4,346 bases of DNA, taken from IMG/VR virus record IMGVR_UViG_2711768005_000011; one strand, given 5' to 3'. Positions within the stretch are counted from its first letter, which is position 1. Each line of letters opens with the position of its first letter. Both the position numbers and the translations under genes were made by a program. The notes under the pieces were generated by a model, which saw only the letters and a program-made list of their open reading frames with translations, made no database searches and had not been told where the DNA came from. Positions 1 through 4,346 of this stretch are shown here, piece after piece. Origin of the DNA: a virus (taxonomy: Duplodnaviria; Heunggongvirae; Uroviricota; Caudoviricetes).

Positions 1-41
1 GCTTTGAACTCTTTAGAGTAACGTTGGGTTTTTCTGCTCAT
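1..41 (-). CDS. IS3-family transposase OrfA, N-terminal 13 codons only (5' partial in window)
   Basis: ATG at 41..39 on the minus strand, preceded by AAGGAG (complement of 47..52) with 6-nt spacing. Open frame MSRKTQRYSKEFKA continues past position 1 with no stop. The YSxEFK pattern is typical of IS3-family OrfA N-termini. Confidence 0.55.
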   Translation of the reverse strand, partial: MSRKTQRYSKEFK

Positions 42-105
42 TATTAGCTCCTTCTGATGCCATTCTATTTCAGGAAGGAGTGTCCGTTAAACTCAGGCTA
101 CCTCA
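1..105 (-). mobile_element. Partial IS3-family insertion sequence (IS600-like), terminal ~105 bp; rest of the element lies left of the window
   Basis: Reverse complement of 60..105 begins TGAGGTAGCC; IS3-family ends are 5'-TG...CA-3'. A strong SD plus ATG for a minus-strand ORF lies 64 bp inside this putative end. The visible N-terminus MSRKTQRYSKEFKA matches my recollection of IS600 OrfA. Boundary at 105 is inferred, not confirmed. Confidence 0.55.
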
Positions 106-394
106 ATTTGCGCTGGGAAGTGGTGCGCAAGTTGCGTCTAGTGGCGATATTTATGGTTCAGTGTGGGAAAACAACTGGTTAAGCACATGGCTGCATAATC
201 ATGTCGTTCGGGATATTCGTCTTGGCAGCATTGAATATAAAAACGTATGGCGCGACTACGGCTTTGGCGATGCGTCAGGTTATGTTTTAACAGCCGCAAT
301 TAACAGCAATGCGGATGATATTGTCGACACTGTTGCCAGAAGGCCAATTCAGAAATTGATTGGGGGAATATGGTACAACGTGGGGAGTGTTTAA
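106..394 (+). pseudogene. Tail-fibre distal (C-terminal) cassette fragment with no start of its own
   Basis: Track ORF 80..394 ends ...[18 protein letters not shown]. This C-terminus matches that of the minus-strand cassette ([18 protein letters not shown]). TAA at 392..394 sits 1 nt before the tfa ATG at 396. Upstream, the same frame hits TAG at 14..16 and TGA at 5..7, and 17..105 appears to be IS-derived, so no constant N-terminal part is attached. GTG at 80 has its SD-like GGAAGGAG abutting it, so it is an unlikely real start. Confidence 0.6.
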
Positions 395-395
395 G

Positions 396-923
396 ATGAT
401 GCACCTGAAAAATATTAAGGCCGGGAATCCGAAAACACCGGAACAATACCAGCTAACTAAAAAAGCGGGCGTGGTATGGCTCTTTTGCGAAGATGGCAAA
501 AACTGGTATGAGGAACAAAAGAATTTTCAGCCAGACACCATAAAAATTGCTTACGATGAGAACAACATCATCGTTGCTGTCAGTAAAGACGTTTCAACTA
601 TTAATCCTGAAGGGCTAAGCATAGTTGAAGTTCCTGATATTACGGCAAATCGTCACGCAGACAATAACGGAAAATGGATGTTTCTGGATGGTAAAGTAGT
701 AAAGAGGGAATATACAGAACAGGAACTGCAACAACAGGCCGAATCACAAAAGGCCGCATTGCTTTCCGAAGCTGAATCAGTCATCCAGCCGCTGGAACGA
801 GCTGTCAGGCTGAATATGGCAACAGACGAGGAACGCACACGACTGGAAGCATGGGAACGCTACAGTGTTCTGGTCAGCCGTGTGGATACGGCAAATCCTG
901 AATGGCCACAAAAGCCTGAATAA
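396..923 (+). CDS. Tail-fibre assembly protein (Mu U / e14 Tfa-type chaperone), intact, 175 aa
   Basis: ATG at 396 with GGGGAG at 382..387. Protein [22 protein letters not shown] ... [25 protein letters not shown]. Translationally coupled to the preceding fibre cassette. About two-thirds of the protein is closely similar to the convergent paralogue at 952..1485. Confidence 0.85.
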   Translation: MMHLKNIKAGNPKTPEQYQLTKKAGVVWLFCEDGKNWYEEQKNFQPDTIKIAYDENNIIVAVSKDVSTINPEGLSIVEVPDITANRHADNNGKWMFLDGKVVKREYTEQELQQQAESQKAALLSEAESVIQPLERAVRLNMATDEERTRLEAWERYSVLVSRVDTANPEWPQKPE

Positions 924-928
924 AAATT

Positions 929-948
929 AAGGCCCGATAGCGGGCCTT
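929..948. terminator. Bidirectional hairpin terminator between the convergent tfa genes
   Basis: AAGGCCCG (929..936) pairs perfectly with CGGGCCTT (941..948) around a 4-nt loop ATAG. It is flanked by TAAAAATT on one side, which gives a U-run for the minus-strand transcript. It lies exactly between the stop codons at 921..923 and 952..954. Confidence 0.5.
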
Positions 949-951
949 CTC

Positions 952-1485
952 TCATTCTGGTTGTTCGGGAAACGTTACTGGCAGGCTGGAGGTGTCTGTG
1001 GATTCAACCTTCTGCGCATAGAGCATCCACTCGGTTAATTTTTGTTTATTCTCATCGGAAATGATGCCCAGCTGTAGCTGAGAGTCCCACAGCTGGGTTT
1101 TATCCCTGACGAGCTGCAGCAGGCTCTGCTTTTCATTTTCCGCTTGTTGCCTTTGCTCTTCCTCGGTATAAGTTCGCTTTATCACCGCACCATCTTTGAA
1201 CATCCAGTTGCCCGAAATATCAGCCCGGCGATTTGCTGTAATATCAGGCAACTCAACGACACTTAAACCTTCTGGATTAATTGCTGATACATCCTTGTCT
1301 ATAGCAATAATTATTCCCTCAACTGTGTAAGCCAGTTTTATTGTATCCTCCTGAAAGTTTTTTAATTCCTCATGCCAATTTTTTCCATCTTCGGACCATA
1401 ACCAGATAACATCAAAATTCTTTGTTAGCTGGTATTGTTCAACGGTTTTTGGATTACCTGCGACAATGTTTTTTAAATGCTGCAT
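952..1485 (-). CDS. Tail-fibre assembly protein (Tfa/U' paralogue), intact, 177 aa
   Basis: Track [25 protein letters not shown] ... [30 protein letters not shown] at 1485..1483 lies 2 nt after the TAA (1490..1488) that ends the minus-strand fibre cassette. The N-terminal two-thirds is closely similar to the + strand Tfa. Confidence 0.85.
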   Translation of the reverse strand: MQHLKNIVAGNPKTVEQYQLTKNFDVIWLWSEDGKNWHEELKNFQEDTIKLAYTVEGIIIAIDKDVSAINPEGLSVVELPDITANRRADISGNWMFKDGAVIKRTYTEEEQRQQAENEKQSLLQLVRDKTQLWDSQLQLGIISDENKQKLTEWMLYAQKVESTDTSSLPVTFPEQPE

Positions 1486-1487
1486 GA

Positions 1488-1786
1488 TTATACCTGCGAT
1501 ACGTTATACCATGTTCCGTTAATTAACTTTTGTATTGGTCTGAATACTGCCGGATCATCACCATCGACTTCACCGATAATACCAAGCCCCGTGATTACAT
1601 GGCCTGATTTTTCATACATCACGCCTTTCTTCATGGTCTAAACAACTCGTGTGCCAAGTCTGACATCTCTCACATAGCGGGAATCAAAGTTACCGTAATC
1701 CGAGGGATTAACACGTCCCGTAATATTTATGGTTTTATTACTTTGAATGCTTCCGGAGACAAAGCGCATAACATGGACGTTATTAG
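1488..1786 (-). pseudogene. Side tail-fibre alternative cassette, C-terminal portion (downstream of the IS5 insertion), with an in-frame amber codon
   Basis: Same frame as the fibre segment on the other side of IS5 once IS5 and one TTAG copy are removed. Reads NNVHVMRFVSGSIQSNKTINITGRVNPSDYGNFDSRYVRDVRLGTRVV, then TAG (1640..1638), then [49 protein letters not shown], then TAA at 1490..1488. The conserved C-terminal motif lies beyond the amber codon. Confidence 0.7.
1783..1786. repeat. IS5 target-site duplication, left copy (TTAG)
   Basis: TTAG immediately left of the IS5 inverted repeat; identical TTAG at 2983..2986. IS5 is known to make 4-bp duplications at YTAR-type targets. Confidence 0.85.
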
Positions 1787-2982
<1,196 letters not shown>

Positions 2983-2986
2983 TTAG
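2983..2986. repeat. IS5 target-site duplication, right copy (TTAG)
   Basis: TTAG immediately right of the IS5 right inverted repeat; matches 1783..1786. Confidence 0.85.
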
Positions 2987-3614
2987 CATAAACATCCAGA
3001 TTACCATCGCCTTTTTGTTTAAAGCCCGTGTCATTATCACCCAATACAATCGAATTACCGCCAAGAGCACTGGATGTTCCGATACCCAGTGCACCATTCA
3101 GTTGACCACCAGATAACGGCAGTGCACCAACATCTCCTGCTGAAGGTTTTCTGGTGGTGTAAAATTCGGACCAGTCGGCTTCAAAACCATAACCATCACG
3201 GGCTGAACGATAAAAAATACCGCCATTTTTATAATTAATCCGAAACTGAGCTGCAGGACAACTTCCTTCTCCCATATAAAAATGAATAATTAACGTTGAT
3301 GCACCACTAATAGTTGCGTTATAGGCTCCGCTACTCCAGTTCCATCCAACTGCTTTATCATTCGCAACGGTGCTTCCTGTTTTCCCTAAGGCAAACGCAC
3401 CAACATGACTTGCTTTTAATGTGATATCGGAGGAACCATCAAAAGCCACATTGCTTATTTTCCTGGCAGTTTTTAATTTTGCAGCTGTAGAAGCATTGCC
3501 GGATAGTTCACCAGAAAGGCCACCGCTGAATGTTTGTCGATTAGTCCAGGTATTCGCTGTACTGAGTAACGGTATTTTCTCCCCGCTTGTGCCGAGTTCT
3601 CGTAAACCGAGGTT
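2983..3614 (-). pseudogene. Side tail-fibre alternative cassette, N-terminal portion of the variable region (from the crossover site to the IS5 junction)
   Basis: Minus-strand frame opens inside the crossover site (in-frame TAA at 3617..3615) and reads NLGLRELGTSGEKIPLLSTANTWTNRQTFSGG ... FDGSSDITLKAS ... GDGNLDVYA up to the IS5 junction. Track ORF 2874..3449 is the lower part of this frame; its last ~37 codons are IS5 sequence. It resembles lambdoid side tail-fibre (Stf) C-terminal regions as I recall them. Confidence 0.75.
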
Positions 3615-3622
3615 TTAGATAA
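3597..3622. other. Gin/Pin/Cin/Hin-family recombination crossover site (gix/pix-like), right boundary of the invertible segment
   Basis: TTCTCGTAAACC GA GGTTTTAGATAA is a 26-bp imperfect palindrome with the AAACC-NN-GGTTT core characteristic of serine-invertase crossover sites. It lies ~55 bp upstream of the invertase start, and the minus-strand fibre cassette frame begins in its inner half. Confidence 0.8.
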
Positions 3623-3676
3623 TGGCGGTTTCTGGCCTGCATGGCATGATTTGTGCTTTTGGACGGGAGATTCAGC

Positions 3677-3916
3677 GTGCTGATTGGCTATGTAAGGGTA
3701 TCAACAAATGACCAGAATACAGACCTGCAACGAAACGCTCTTGTTTGTGCAGGATATGAACAAATATTTGAAGATAAATTAAGCGGAACAAGGACAGGCC
3801 GACCTGGATTAAAACGTGCTTTAAAGCGCCTTCAAAAAGGTGACGCACTGGTTGTCTGAAAACTGGACTGACTGGGGCACTGTATGCGGCATCTTGTCGT
3901 GCTGGTGGTGGAAGCC
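3677..3916 (+). pseudogene. pin: Serine DNA invertase (Pin/Gin/Cin/Hin family), N-terminal ~60 codons intact then disrupted by stops
   Basis: GTG at 3677 with GGGAGA at 3663..3668. Reads VLIGYVRVSTNDQNTDLQRNALVCAGYEQIFEDKLSGTRTGRPGLKRALKRLQKGDALVV, a recognisable invertase N-terminus with the catalytic-Ser region. Then TGA at 3857..3859 where W is expected, KLD, TGA at 3869..3871 where R is expected, and LGHCMRHLVVLV. A full-length invertase would be ~190 aa. The ATG at 3653 used by the ORF track has no SD and is probably not the start. Confidence 0.8.
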
Positions 3917-4003
3917 TAGAAAAAGTATCGGGTGTTGCTGAACCGTGTTGATACATCAACTGCACCTGATATTGAGTGGCCTACGAACCCTGTCAGGGAG
4001 TAA
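3917..4003 (+). pseudogene. Remnant of the 3' end of a tail-fibre assembly (tfa) gene, in frame with the invertase fragment
   Basis: Same frame as the pin fragment reads EA, TAG (3917..3919), then KKYRVLLNRVDTSTAPDIEWPTNPVRE and TAA (4001..4003). This parallels the C-terminus of the intact Tfa in this window ([25 protein letters not shown]), with the conserved Trp codon replaced by TAG. Confidence 0.5.
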
Positions 4004-4017
4004 TCATTGGGATTATG

Positions 4018-4050
4018 CCGCAGCACGTCTTAAGCAAGAACGTGCTGCGG
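4018..4050. terminator. GC-rich stem-loop, possible terminator between convergent transcription units
   Basis: CCGCAGCACGT (4018..4028) pairs perfectly with ACGTGCTGCGG (4040..4050) around an 11-nt loop. It lies between the tfa-like remnant stop (4003) and the stop of the convergent minus-strand ORF (4058..4060). A T-run at 4061..4066 follows on the + strand, but 10 nt from the stem. Confidence 0.4.
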
Positions 4051-4060
4051 TTGGATGCTA

Positions 4061-4346
4061 TTTTTTCCCTGAAGCGGAAAACATTACTACAGTACCTTGA
4101 ACCTTGGTTTTAACATTCTCGAAATGCTCTGAGAGTATATGTGTTAAGCCTTCTTCGGAATCTTTTGTGTTTGAAAAGATGCCTTTCTGATTGTAAATGC
4201 GCATCAGTTTTTGACCGAAGCTATTGTGCACAACTCCATCGCCAAGAATTGTGGCTCCGTATAGAGTTCCATCGTCAGTTAAGGCCTGCGCCGCATTGCG
4301 TATTACACAGCTTTTTGTAGATATATTTCCAGGCAGGCAGTGAAGA
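4061..4346 (-). CDS. Hypothetical protein, C-terminal ~95 codons (5' end beyond the right edge of the window)
   Basis: Uninterrupted minus-strand frame from the window edge to TAG at 4060..4058: LHCLPGNISTKSCVIRNAAQALTDDGTLYGATILGDGVVHNSFGQKLMRIYNQKGIFSNTKDSEEGLTHILSEHFENVKTKVQGTVVMFSASGKK. The other two minus frames are closed. No family recognised. Not in the ORF track because no start codon lies in the window. Confidence 0.55.

Noticed and set aside
12-37. Candidate left crossover site (TTTAGAGTAACG TT GGGTTTTTCTGC, contains the AACGTT palindrome and a GGGTTT run)
   Set aside because: Half-sites match the right-hand site poorly (about 5 of 12 each). The central dinucleotide would differ from the right site. 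The fibre frame has TAG at 14..16 inside it. The region is better explained as the leader and start of an IS3-family orfA on the minus strand.
80-394. Track ORF 80..394 as a complete gene starting at GTG 80
   Set aside because: The SD-like GGAAGGAG abuts the GTG with no spacing, and the 5' ~26 codons appear to be IS-derived sequence that happens to be open. The real content is a fibre C-terminal fragment from about 106.
287-838. Minus-strand ORFs 287..499 and 653..838
   Set aside because: They are antisense to the fibre cassette and the intact tfa gene, short, and lack start signals.
3653-3676. ATG at 3653 as the invertase start (track ORF 3653..3859)
   Set aside because: There is no SD upstream. 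GTG at 3677 has GGGAGA at good spacing and gives the canonical invertase N-terminus (V/M)LIGYVRVSTNDQ.
3672-3965. Track ORF 3672..3965 (-), 97 aa
   Set aside because: It is antisense to the recognisable invertase fragment and tfa remnant, with no homology signal. Likely spurious.

Overview
This window is a decayed phage tail-fibre switching locus of the Mu G-segment / e14 P-segment type, from an enterobacterial (E. coli/Shigella-like) prophage remnant. Reading left to right: (1) the first ~105 bp look like the terminus of an IS3-family element (IS600-like) on the minus strand, with its orfA start running off the left edge; (2) a + strand tail-fibre C-terminal cassette fragment (to 394) tightly coupled to an intact tail-fibre assembly gene (396..923); (3) a hairpin terminator (929..948); (4) a convergent, intact second tail-fibre assembly gene (952..1485, -); (5) the alternative tail-fibre cassette on the minus strand (1488..3614), split by an IS5 copy (1787..2982, TTAG target duplication, intact InsH transposase) and also carrying an in-frame amber codon; (6) a well-conserved Gin/Pin/Hin-type 26-bp crossover site (3597..3622); (7) a DNA invertase gene that is intact for only ~60 codons and then decays into stop codons and a Tfa-like 3' remnant (to 4003); (8) a GC-rich hairpin (4018..4050); (9) the 3' end of a convergent minus-strand gene of unknown function running off the right edge (4061..4346). 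No rRNA, tRNA or CRISPR array was seen. All calls rest on reading the sequence and on recalled family knowledge; no database search was run.
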